Shown piece by piece: positions 1 to 11,000 of a DNA stretch of 64,000 nt; within the stretch, counting starts at the first letter, position 1; every line of letters starts with the position of its first letter. The notes beneath the pieces were generated by a model. That model had not been told where the DNA came from. It searched no databases and saw only the letters and a program-made list of their open reading frames with translations. The stretch covers positions 17,112,001 to 17,176,000 of the forward strand of contig OZ241834.1 in assembly GCA_965202585.1 (NCBI GenBank). Direction: 5' to 3'. The stretch is from Thalia democratica (Eukaryota). The position numbers and the translations under genes are program-made.

Positions 1-646
1 AGTCCTTTTTCAATGTGTTAAATAATTATTCATCTGGCTAGTCTATTGTTAATGTCCTTGGAGCGTTAAGTTTTTATTTTATTTGTTAGTCAATGCATTT
101 TAATATTTGATGTTGATTGTTCTACATCAAAGCGTAAATAAGTATAAGTTCGTGGTTAAAATTTTGCTTTTTATGTTAATCTATAAATTTTGTATCAAGT
201 TATGTTCAGATCTTTGTTTTAATAAACAAACTTTTTGTGTTAATCTTATTTTTTTCTGTATGTGTCTTTTAGTTTAAGTGGTCTACGTTTTGATGCCAAG
301 GTCCATCATATGGACAATAAACTTGTAATCGTATAATAAAATATATAAAAAAGCATAGTTGTTAGTTAATATTAAAACTCAAAATAAACTAGAACAATTT
401 ACTCACGCTTAAAGTATTTTTTATCTTAGTCTCTAAATAAACTAAATTTTTTGTCCCTGGTATAAACCTTTTATAAATAATTTATTTTTATCTTTTCGTT
501 AGTTTGTTTCTAACCTTAACTTTTACTGTTTAAGATTTTAAATCTTTCATTTTTTGCCTTTAATATAAGTATGTTATAAATTTTTAGTTTTCAGTTTCTT
601 TTTATGTTACAGATTTGATACTAGCTAAAAAACCTTTAATCGGCCT

Positions 647-935
647 GCATACAAAAGTGATGTTCCGTACAAAAACGTCATCGTGCAAAAATGTCACTGT
701 AAAAATGTGACGTTGTGCAAAAGTATCGTTGTGCAACAATGCTGCCGTAAAAAATTGTCATCGTGAAAAAATGTCGCCGTGCAAAGATGACGCCGTGCAA
801 AAGTGACGCCGTGCAAAAGTCACCCCTCATGCTAAAGTGACGCTCGTGCAAAAGAGTCGCCGTTTAAAAGTGTCCCCTCGTGCAAAAGTTACCCTTCGTG
901 CAAAAGTGACGCTCGTGCAAAAGTGACCCGTTCCC
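647..935. repeat. Minisatellite of ~15-18-bp units (consensus cgtgcaaaagtgacgc/cc), most regular at the right end
   Basis: About 17 recognisable gtgcaaaagt-type units. They are degenerate on the left (acaaaagtga, gtaaaaatgtga) and near-perfect on the right (cgtgcaaaagtgacgctcgtgcaaaagtgacccgttccc). Confidence 0.85.
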
Positions 936-2459
936 AAATTAACTAGCTAGCCCTAATGTTCATATATATCGTGACGTACCAGATAAATTTTTTTCAATGA
1001 TTAGTTACCAGTAAATATTTAGAGTTAGTTCTTCCTTCTTTTTAATGTAAGTACTTTATATTATGATTTGTTATTTTATTTTGTATTTTTACTTTAATTT
1101 ATTTAATTTAGACTTAATAATTAAAAATATTATATCGTTTTATAATAATCCGATTTAATATTAAGTACTTTGTCTATTATTAACCATTAAGCTATAAAAA
1201 TCTATAGCAATTATTTTATTTTATTTTTCAATTTTTTTTAATGGACACATGTATATACCTACTTTAGCTTCTATTTTTCCCTTACAGTATTTAATTTTTT
1301 ACAGAGCTCAGTTGAAGTGTGTTGACTCTTTTAACACACAGAAACATATGTCAGTGTAATAAAAGAAGAATACTGTATAATTTGTTATTATTATGTATTC
1401 CAGTGAACTTGTTTTGCTAATATCTTTTGTTAACAAACGCTTAAATTTATATTTTGAATAGTTATCTTATATAACACTTTTTTAGTAACTTCATCTGAAA
1501 GTAACAACTGTTATTTTGAAGATATTAAAGTATATCTCTCGTTTCAATTTCAAAATCATTCATTACCATTTACAAACTCATAAAAACTTTGTTAGGGTAG
1601 ATTAAAAGTTTAGACAAATCTAAACCAATTTAGAAAAAAGAAGACCAAAAACTGAAGAAGGCCAAAAAATCAAAATGTATTTATTTATAAATTCTATGTT
1701 TCGATTTTGTTTTGTAATATTTTATTTACTAAACCGTCATACGAAATGTATGGCTGCTATCGGTTAACCATTTTTATAAAACTTTTTATAAACAATGAAA
1801 TGCTAAATAAAAAATGTCTACTGTGAATAAACATATGTATCTTTTGTTATAACTTAAGAAACGTTATATCTTATATAATTTTAGAGATATAATTTATTAA
1901 TAAGTAGTACGTTTGATGAACAAAGTTTAGTTGGACTCTAGTCATTATTTATAAGTTTTAGGAGAAAAAAACTAAAGTATTTGTTTATTTAATTTGATCT
2001 AAAACATCAAAAACTATTGTTGCTACTATACTATTTTATATGATAAAGTACCAATAATTTATTTATAACTCATTTTATTTACATTAAATTTTATCTACAG
2101 TAGCGTGAGTTCAATGCCCCTAAGTTTTGTGAAATTTCTAGTGGAGCTATGAAGTAGTTTTTATTGTCGGAATCTTTATCAGCTTTTTAACTGTTAGCAA
2201 ATATGAGCTAACAAAATTAAAAAAAAAAAAATTATCGGTATTCATTATAAGGCCATAAAAGTTGCAATACTTTTTTTTTCATTACTTTTGATTTTGTTTT
2301 TAACTTTTTGCATTAAACAAAATTTAAAATTTCTTTGTACTAAAAAAATATTAAGTAGTCTTTTAGAATTTTATATATCTTTAAGAAATACATTAATTAC
2401 CAATATTCGTAGTGAGTTAATAAATTTATTAAAAATAAAAAACAAAATAAAATTAAAGT

Positions 2460-2790
2460 AATTTTTTATAATTTTCGCAGTAGTTTTCTTCTTGAAAAGT
2501 TCTTTATTCTGAGGTTTGGCATTTCCTTTCTATCCGTCTTGATCATTTGTAGTCTTGTCCTAAAACATGTTTTAATTTTTGGAATTAGAAGAATATTTTA
2601 AGTTTTGTTTTGTATTTCTCTTTAAACTTTTAGAATTCTTTAAGTTACCTAGAAGATGTTGAAAAATTGCTGCTCTGTTTAACACATCGTTCGGCTACAT
2701 CGTTGACAACACCCATGTCATTTACCATTGCTTTCGTCTCAAAGTAATTTCAATCGCAATTCTATTTTTCTGGAGTAAGTTAAAGGATTA
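2460..2790 (-). pseudogene. Degraded C-terminal fragment of a DNA transposase-like ORF
   Basis: The minus strand gives YFETKAMVNDMGVVNDVAERCVKQSSNF, then after stops/frameshifts LQMIKTDRKEMPNLR. This resembles the VVNDxAERGVK...VExDRKxxPNLR C-terminus I recall from invertebrate transposase-like proteins. Family not established. Confidence 0.4.
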
Positions 2791-2835
2791 AAACAGTAAT
2801 AAAATAGATTGTTAAATCAGTAAAATATTTTAATT

Positions 2836-3289
2836 ACTAAAGTATAAACATAAAAAAATATTATACTTTTCTTTTAAAGTTATACTGTTTAAACCAGCTA
2901 CAATTAGTAGTTTTTTAAAGAAAAAAAACGAATATTTATTTAATCAATGGTTGATGTGAAACCAATTTAAATAAAGTTTTGAAAATAAAACTAAAACAAT
3001 CAAATTCAACTTTTACTACTAAAAACATAAGTAGATGCATCCTTCTAAAATTACGCACCAAAGTATCTAAATATAATTACTAAAGCACAAAAAAACGTTA
3101 CACTTTTCTTTGAAAGTTATATTGCTTATACCTGCTACAATTAGTATATTTTTCAAAGAATTAAAACTATAACTAAGATGAAACCAATATAAACAAAGTA
3201 TGGTCAACAAAACTAAAACATTCAAAATCAACTTTTACTACTAAAACTATAAGTAGATGCATCCTTCTAAAATTACGCACCGAAGTATC
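2836..3289. repeat. Diverged two-copy tandem duplication, period ~222 bp
   Basis: gtagatgcatccttctaaaattacgcacc occurs at 3031 and 3253. The flanking blocks (cttttct..aaagttata, ctacaattagta, gaaaccaat, caacttttactactaaaa) are also repeated. Confidence 0.8.
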
Positions 3290-3389
3290 AACATTTTCAC
3301 TAAATACAAGTTATTATAGGTAAAAATTTATATAAGTATTATAAAATAACCTTTAATGTTGTAAAATGATGATATAGCAAACTTCGTTT

Positions 3390-5481
3390 TCAGTATTGTT
3401 ATGAGTTCATCTAAAAAAACAGCTACACTTCCTCAAAGGATTTCTGTGAAAAAAGATACAGAGCGCAGGTCACGCTGTATTTTCTTCAGAATTGTTAGGA
3501 GACTATTTGGAAAACAACTACCTCTTTATTAGAGGAAAAACTTTTGTAAAGAAGTTCTGAGCTCTGCATGATGTTAATCCTTGGTAGTAATAGGAAAAAG
3601 CCTTTATCTTCCTCCTGTTTTTCTCCAGAATTGTCCTGATTTTATTTAGAAAAACAGCTACCTTTAATCACTCGACTTTTTAAAGAAGATTTGAGCTCTT
3701 TTTGGTGGTAATGTAAGGTTGTAGTTGCAAAGCACCGTTATGTTCTTTAAAAAGAAGTTTTTTGTGAAAAGTCCTGCTGTTTTTATCCAGAATTGTGTTG
3801 ATTTTATTTAGAAAAACAGCTACTTTTAATCACTCGACTTTTTAAAGAAGATTTGAGCTCTGTTTGACGGTAATGTTTGGTTGTAGTGGCAAAAAACCGT
3901 TATGTTCTTAAAAAAGAAGTTTTTTTTGTGACAAGTCCCGCTGTTATTCTCCAGAATTGTGTTGGATATTTAGATTAACAGCTACTTTTAATCACACGAC
4001 TTTTTAAAGAAGTTCTAAGCTCTGCTTTATGGTAAAATTAGGTTGTAATGGGAAAGAGCTCTTATGTTCTTAAAACGGAGTTTTTTGTCGCATAACCCGC
4101 TGTTTTTCTCCAGAAATGTGTTGAATTTCTTTATAAAAAACAGCTACCTTTAATCACTCGATTTATTAAAGAAGATTTGAGCTCTGTTTGACGGTGATGT
4201 TTGGTTGTAGTGGCAAAGAACAGTTATGTTCCCTAAAAAGAAGTTTTTTGTGCAAAATCCCGCTGTTTTTCTCCAGAATTGTATGGGATATTTAGAAAAA
4301 CAGCTACCTTTAATCACACGAATTTTTAAAGAAGTTCTGAGCTCTGTTAAGGTGGTAATTTAAGGTTGTAGTAGGAAAGAGCTCTTACGTTGTTTAAAGT
4401 AAGTTTTTTGTGAAAAGATCCGCTGTTATTCTCCAGAATTGTTTTGATTTTATTTAGAAAAACAGCTCACTTTAATCACTCGACTTTTTAAAGAAGATTT
4501 GAGCTCTGCTTGATGGTAATGTTTGTTTGTAGTGGCAAAGAACAGTTATATTCTTTAAAAAGAAGTTTTTTGTGAAAAGTCCTGCTATTTTTCTCCAGAA
4601 TTGTGTTGGATATTTAGAAAAACAGCTACCTTTAATCACACGACTTTTTAAAGAAGTTCTAAGCTCTGTTTGGTGGTAATGTTAGGTTGTAGTGGCAAAG
4701 CACCGTTTAGTTCTTAAAACAGAAGTTTAAAAGTCCCGCTGTTTTTATCCAGAATTGTGTTGAATTTATTTATAAAAAAACAGCTACCTTTAATCACACG
4801 ATTTTTTAAAGAGGATTTGAGCTCTGCTTGATGGTAATGTTAGGTTGTAGTGGTAAAGCACCGTTATGTTCTTAAAAAGAAGTTTTTTGTGACAAGTCCT
4901 GCCGTTTTTCTCCAGAATTGTGTTGGATATTTAGAAAAACAGCTACCTTTAATCACACGACTTTTTAAAGAAGTTCTAAGCTCTGCTTTATGGTAAAATT
5001 AGGTTGTAATGGGAAAGAGCTCTTATGTTCTTAAAATGGAGTTTGTTGTCGCATAACCCGCTGTTTTTTATCCAGAATTGTGTTAAATTTCTTTATAAAA
5101 AACAGCTACCTTTAATCACTCGACTTTTTAAAGAAGATTTGAGCTCTGTTTGACGGTAATGTTAGGTTGTAGTGGCAAAGAACCGTTATATTCTTTAAAA
5201 AGAAGTTCTTTGTGAAAAGTTCCGCTGTTTTTCTCCAGAATTGTATGGTACATTTAGAAAAACAGCTACCTTTAATCACACGAATTTTTAAAGAAGTTCT
5301 GAGCTCTGTTTGGTGGTAATGTAAGGTCGTTGTAGGAAAGAGCTCTTACGTTGTTTAAAGTAAGTTTTTTGTGAAAAGTTCCGCTGTTATTCTCCAGAAT
5401 TGTGTTGATTTTATTTAAATAAACAGCTACCTTTAATCATTCAACTTTTTAAAGAAGTTTTGAGCTGTGCTTGATGGTAAT
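3390..5481. repeat. ~161-bp tandem satellite, left arm (about 13 monomers, degenerate at the outer edge)
   Basis: The blocks ccagaattgtg / aaaacagctacctttaatcac / gactttttaaagaag / gagctctg / ggtaatgttaggttgtagtggcaaag recur every ~160-162 bp (e.g. (g/a)agctctg near 4020, 4180, 4341, 4501, 4661, 4820, 4980, 5141). Confidence 0.95.
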
Positions 5482-6221
5482 TGTAACGATACGTTATTTA
5501 ATTCCAATTTTCTATTTTTTACTTGGAAACACTTTGTTGTTGGGAAAGCTAAAAACAACAACAAATGAGATGTTGACAAGTGATAGTATAAGAAATTTGG
5601 AATTGTTGCTATAGCAATAGTCTTTAGTCAAGGAAAGGATTATTGTAAGCTGGGGCATTCTTAGAGAGAGTAGTCTGAGTTCTGAGGAAAGAATTGGAGT
5701 GAAGTTTATTGTCTTCCAGTAGAATCACCTTTTCCTGTATGCTAGTGACTAATTTTATTGACTTTTTTTATAAGCAAGATACTTAAATTGTTTTTAGACA
5801 AATTTAAGTATTTTCTTGAATTTTGTTAACATTGTATAAAATTTTATAACAGTTTATAAAATTTTATTGATTTTTTCATACCTGAGTTTTTTATTGTAAT
5901 TTTTGCCTAATTTTAACTACTTTATTCATTTTAAGTTTTTTATATTTTGTTACAAATTGGTTTACTATTAAGTTTTTAGTATATAAATTTATCTCAACTG
6001 CTTTGTATTTTATATTATTAAATAATTTTTATAAAAGTAAATTTAAACTATGTCACGGGTCAGTCCAAATCCAGAGTGTCTTCCAGACACTAGGATTCAA
6101 ACTCGGGCTAAGAGTGCTCGCATTCAAAGCCAAAGATCTCTTAGCCATGAGTCAACCATTGACCCTCCTACCCTCCTAAACAAACCCTTGGAAGTTGGCA
6201 TGCCAACCTCCTCTGGTTTCA
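5482..6221 (+). repeat. 5' LTR (740 bp)
   Basis: Starts tgtaacgatacg and ends ctctggtttca; I found no difference from 12315-13054. TATA-like tatataaa at 5980-5987 and ATTAAA at 6017-6022. Confidence 0.93.
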
Positions 6222-8020
6222 TTGGCGTCCTCGAGAACAAGAATAACGACCTTTCGGTCAGTCATACACATCAACCTAACATAAGTTTAAGTGGGTCTTA
6301 CCATACCAGTCAAATTGATCCATGTTTTTCACCAAATTCAGATTTGGCCATCACAACTCAGAACAATTTGTTATTTACTAAAAATGATATTAACAATGTA
6401 CAAACAATAGTAGGGGAAAGTAAGTCACATCTGACACAAAAAGACAACTTACCAAACCCTAACATAAGTTGTAAAGACCCTCAACATTTTCACACAGATC
6501 ATACCATGGCTAGTTTTATGCATGATACCCATAATAATTATATACCATATACCATTAATAGTAATACTAAAATAAATCACAATCAAAATTACAGTCAACA
6601 AGCCATAGTGGGCCAGTTTCAGCCTGACATCAAGGTTAATTCAAGCATACATAATATAGGTGGGTATCACAACACAACTAATTCTCCCCACTTAGGTACT
6701 AAGGTCTGTCTACCCTACCAAGTGTCCAGTGAGGTACGAGACACTAGTCAAGCCATAAACTCAGACAACTTAGCATCTGCAACAACTGAGCAAGAATTAC
6801 AGATGGTTGAGTTAGAAATTGAGCGTCAAGCTAAACGTCTCAAAGAGTTAAAGTTACAAAAAAGAAAAAAAACTTTGTTGTCAATAAACAAAGAAGCACA
6901 TGAACTTGAGCTTGACATGCAAGCCAGTTGCAGAGATCCTCTACAGCAGACCTGTCCTAGTAGAACTAAAATAATCAATGGGTTAGTGAATGCCAGGGGT
7001 GAATATAATCATATTGATAATAACTCAATGAGGACAACTTCCAAGCCTGACTCAAATTTCAATAACATTGTTGACTTTAACTTGCCAGGGGGTGGTTATA
7101 GGGGATTCAATTTAAGCAATAGGATCTCTGAACTTAAATCTATTATTAAGATAGATATTACCGCTAACCCTAGAGATGAAATAAGCTATTTTGAAGATAT
7201 GTGCCGAAGTCTTGAAATTTTTGACTCTCAATTGCGCTACCAAATTTTGACTTCAGTCTGGCCACATAAAGATATAAAAAATTTTTACACTACTGTCGAG
7301 TATGGGAGACGTTGTTACAAGAGTCTTATTGATTACTTGTCAAATAGGGATGGTCAGCTTGGTAGAGTTCTTCTGCCTAGACCTGATTTCAACAATCTAA
7401 ACGGCCAAGCTTTGGAACTAGAAGTCACGAAGTGGGAGGCAGAAATGAAAGACTCTAACACTTTAAGAAAGTTTTTATACATTCACCTAGCTCCTGAACA
7501 CTTAAAAGGTAAAATGAGAGAAATCTTAAGCTTAGATATAGAAAATTTTAAGCGTCGTTGTAGGGACATTTGTGATGCAAACCACCAACGTAGTATAGAG
7601 GCATCAAGAAATATTAATTACAATGTTAATAGACCAAGTCAAAGAAAGAGTAAATCTAACTATCACATGAATAGCTATAGACATATAGACCGAAACTCTG
7701 GCTACCAAAATAATGCAAACAACTATTTTGGCCATCAAGATTGTAATTTTATTCCTGATACTAGAATCATTGGCCAACTTATAGATAATTTCCAGGGTCG
7801 GACACAGCAAAACAATACCCCTGTTGCCAATGGGTATCAAGGCAGACAAAATAGCAATCACAACAATACAGGCAACAATGGGACTTTAAGTACTCTCTGT
7901 CACAGACATAGAAAGTTTGGGAATAACGCCTATGAATGCGCTGCCCCGGGGACGTGTGAAATGGCAGGTATCAGAGCTCAACGTCCAACAAAAAACGACT
8001 TCCCGTCTTCGTCGCAGTGA
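6050..8020 (+). CDS. gag: Gag (656 aa) with a long low-complexity N-terminal extension, coiled coil, capsid-like core and C-terminal CHCC-type zinc knuckle
   Basis: Uninterrupted ORF upstream of pol. Coiled coil TEQELQMVELEIERQAKRLKELKLQ, core PRDEISYFEDMC...YKSLIDYL, knuckle C-x2-H-x9-C-x5-C. Confidence 0.9.
   Translation: MSRVSPNPECLPDTRIQTRAKSARIQSQRSLSHESTIDPPTLLNKPLEVGMPTSSGFIGVLENKNNDLSVSHTHQPNISLSGSYHTSQIDPCFSPNSDLAITTQNNLLFTKNDINNVQTIVGESKSHLTQKDNLPNPNISCKDPQHFHTDHTMASFMHDTHNNYIPYTINSNTKINHNQNYSQQAIVGQFQPDIKVNSSIHNIGGYHNTTNSPHLGTKVCLPYQVSSEVRDTSQAINSDNLASATTEQELQMVELEIERQAKRLKELKLQKRKKTLLSINKEAHELELDMQASCRDPLQQTCPSRTKIINGLVNARGEYNHIDNNSMRTTSKPDSNFNNIVDFNLPGGGYRGFNLSNRISELKSIIKIDITANPRDEISYFEDMCRSLEIFDSQLRYQILTSVWPHKDIKNFYTTVEYGRRCYKSLIDYLSNRDGQLGRVLLPRPDFNNLNGQALELEVTKWEAEMKDSNTLRKFLYIHLAPEHLKGKMREILSLDIENFKRRCRDICDANHQRSIEASRNINYNVNRPSQRKSKSNYHMNSYRHIDRNSGYQNNANNYFGHQDCNFIPDTRIIGQLIDNFQGRTQQNNTPVANGYQGRQNSNHNNTGNNGTLSTLCHRHRKFGNNAYECAAPGTCEMAGIRAQRPTKNDFPSSSQ
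6223..6235 (+). promoter_or_regulatory. Primer-binding site (TGGCGTCCTCGAG)
   Basis: A TGG-initiated motif 1 nt after the LTR CA end, complementary to a tRNA 3' end ...GAGGACG-CCA (G discriminator). The specific tRNA was not identified. Confidence 0.7.
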
Positions 8021-8052
8021 GAGGATCAGATGGCGGGATTAAAAGTCCTCTT
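7990..8052 (+). promoter_or_regulatory. -1 programmed ribosomal frameshift signal: A_AAA_AAC slippery heptamer plus predicted H-type pseudoknot
   Basis: Heptamer 7990-7996 is phased X_XXY_YYZ in the gag frame, pol is in the -1 frame, and that frame is open from 7990. Stem 1: 8001-8007 tcccgtc / 8032-8038 ggcggga. Stem 2: 8019-8026 gagaggat / 8045-8052 gtcctctt. Confidence 0.75.
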
Positions 8053-11000
8053 ACAGAGACTGTTAAACAGTCTCCCGAGCGTCCATTGCGCTGGACTTTC
8101 AAATTGGTCAAAAACTCTTTTGTTGACCCTAATAATTTGCCACAAAATCTTCAGTTTGTTGCAGATTTGAATACAAACGTTTTATTTTTAATTGATTCTG
8201 GAAGTGAGATATCACTTTTACCGAAGTCTTTAACTAATGGTATTAACAAATATTTTCTCCCTAATAGCAAGAGTATCCAAGGAATAGGCGACTCAGTAAT
8301 TCACCCAGTTGGGAGTGCAGATATAGAAGTTAATGTTAGTGAACTAGGTAATTTCACACATACCTTTTGGATAACTCCAGAGTCAAGGGGTTATGGTATA
8401 ATTGGACTTGATTTTCTAAAAGCGAATGAATTAGAAATACTGCCAGCCAAGTCACAATTACGCTCAGCAATTTCAGGCCGGAAGACAAAACTCCTTGTGG
8501 CTTCAGACTTTCCCAGCCCTGTAGTTGCATCAATCAACAGTGTCGAACTGATAAACTCAGGCAAAAATTCTTTAGAAGAAAGATGTAAGGCCTTACTTGC
8601 TAAATTTCCAGAAATTACTAAGAAACCTGACTATACTGTACCACCAAAGCACAATCATTCCCTAGAGATAATAGTCGATAATTATTGTCCTAAAATGACC
8701 AAGGCCAGGAGATGCGGTGGTACAAGAGAAGTAATTAAAGATCATTTCTTTGATCTATTAGAGAGAGGTGCTGTAGTCCGGGGTAGTGGGGATACATGTG
8801 CTTCTCCAGTTACTTGTGTACCCAAGAAAGATAAGACTTATCGTGTTTGCATTGACTACACTATTCTAAATTCACATACACGTCCTTTATCTTATCCGCT
8901 ACCTCGTATAGACGAACTGTCTGAAATCATTCCAGGAGGTACATGTGTTTTCTCTACCCTGGATCTAAAAGAAGCTTATTACAGCTTGCCAATAGAAATA
9001 AGTTCTCAAAAGTATGCTGCAATAATCACGCATAAAGGAGTTTTCATTCCAAAACGTTGCACGTTTGGCTTGAAAAATGCCCCTACCAGATTTCAGCAGA
9101 TGATGGAAAGTATTTTTATTTCTTGTCAAACTTTTACATTTATTTATCTGGATGACATATTGATTTTTTCCAAAACTGAGGAAGATCATATCTCTCATTT
9201 GAAGACAGTTTTTAAGATATTGTCTGACAATGGATTATATCTAAATACAAACAAATGCAATCTTGCTAAAACAAAACTAGATTTTTTAGGTCATTCTGTT
9301 AGCATTGAAGGACTTAATGTCTTAGACTCAAAGGTTGAGGCTATTCGGGAATACCCTATTCCCACCACACGAAGAGACCTAAAACGTTTTTTAGGTCTTG
9401 CGAATTACTATCATCGTTTTGTTCCAAAGATTGCTGAAATAACTGCACCTCTCAATGAGTTATCTGGAGGTCCAAAATCTACTAATCGTGCTAAAATTAA
9501 CCTTAAAGATAGGCATATTCAAGCTTTTAAAAACACAAAGGCTATTTTAGCACATACGACTACCTTGTCTTATGAAGATCATAACAAACCACTTATGCTA
9601 TTTTCAGATGCATCTGATACCCATGTTGGCGCAGTCCTCGAGCAGGAAGGCAAGAATGGGGAGATGCGTCCTTTGGCATTTTTTTCAAAGAAATTGCCAC
9701 CACTTAAGACTGTTAGGTCAACTTTTTATAAGGAACTTCGTGCCCTTTATTTAAGCTTGAAACACTTTCAATATAGAATTCTTGGCAGGAGGTTGTTGAT
9801 AAGGACAGATAACAAGGCATTGGTTGGGGCCATTAACAATAATCTAAAAGATCAGTCACCTATGGAACAACGGTACATCATGCTGATAAAAGAGTTTGAT
9901 CCAGAAGTAGCACACATAGCCGGATCCAACAACACAGTTGCAGATGCTCTAAGCAGGCCGCCTCAGATTACAGCCATGCATGTTAGAGCACACCAAGAGG
10001 ATCCGGATTACTTGTGTAGTTCGGAATCTGATACTAGTGACAGTGAGCTGGACATAGATGATTTTGATAACAGTGAGCAATTAATAACTCCAGAAGTTTA
10101 TGATTTGGATATTTCAAGCTCAGATGTAGAATCTGTTAGCCCTAAAACTTTGGATAGGGAGGCAATTGCAATTTTCCAAAGGAGGGAGCCAGGCCTTATT
10201 GACCAAGCACGCCTCTTAAAGAAAGAAGTCCAGTTCACAACAAACGAAAACATGGCTTTCTTTATAGAAGATGGAATTAAACGTGTCATATTGCCTGAGT
10301 CGTTGCGTCTGACTGCGTACAACGCAGCCCATAACAGGCTTCACTTGGGTATTGAGAAGTCCATAGAAGCCATAGCAAGAACTTTCTGGTGGCCTAAGTT
10401 AAGGAATGACATCAGTCACTGGGTTAATAACTGCGCCACGTGTCAGCAGACAAAAGTTTCTAGACATAACAGGCCAAACATAGGTTTTTTTCCCAATAAC
10501 ACGCAACGTTTCCAATTTTTACATTTAGACCTTATAGGCCCATTGGATAAGTCAGTTGACTATCAATATGTTCTAATGATAAAAGATAGAGCAACTGGGT
10601 TATTGGTAACGGCTCCCATACCAGATAAAACAGCAATAACTGTTAGGAATGCTTTTATACAAAACTGGGTAGGGCATTATGGAGTACCTCAGGTTGTTCT
10701 TTCAGATAACGGTAAAGAATTTAAAAATTTTTTATTGCAAGAGGCGTGTAAACAATTGGGAATTGAGCAAAGGTTTACCTCTTCAAGAACGCCTCAGACA
10801 AATGGTTATGTTGAAAGACAGAATAGAACAATCAATGTGGCTTTTCGTTCACTTGAAGACAAAACAAATTGGGCTCTTCACCTCCCATTAATTACTTGCA
10901 CCATTAACAACTCATTTATTGAAGGTTCCCCTTACACCCCGGCCCAGTATGCATTTGGATGCTCTTTAAATTTAAGTGGCCGACTTCTTTTTGATGAAGT

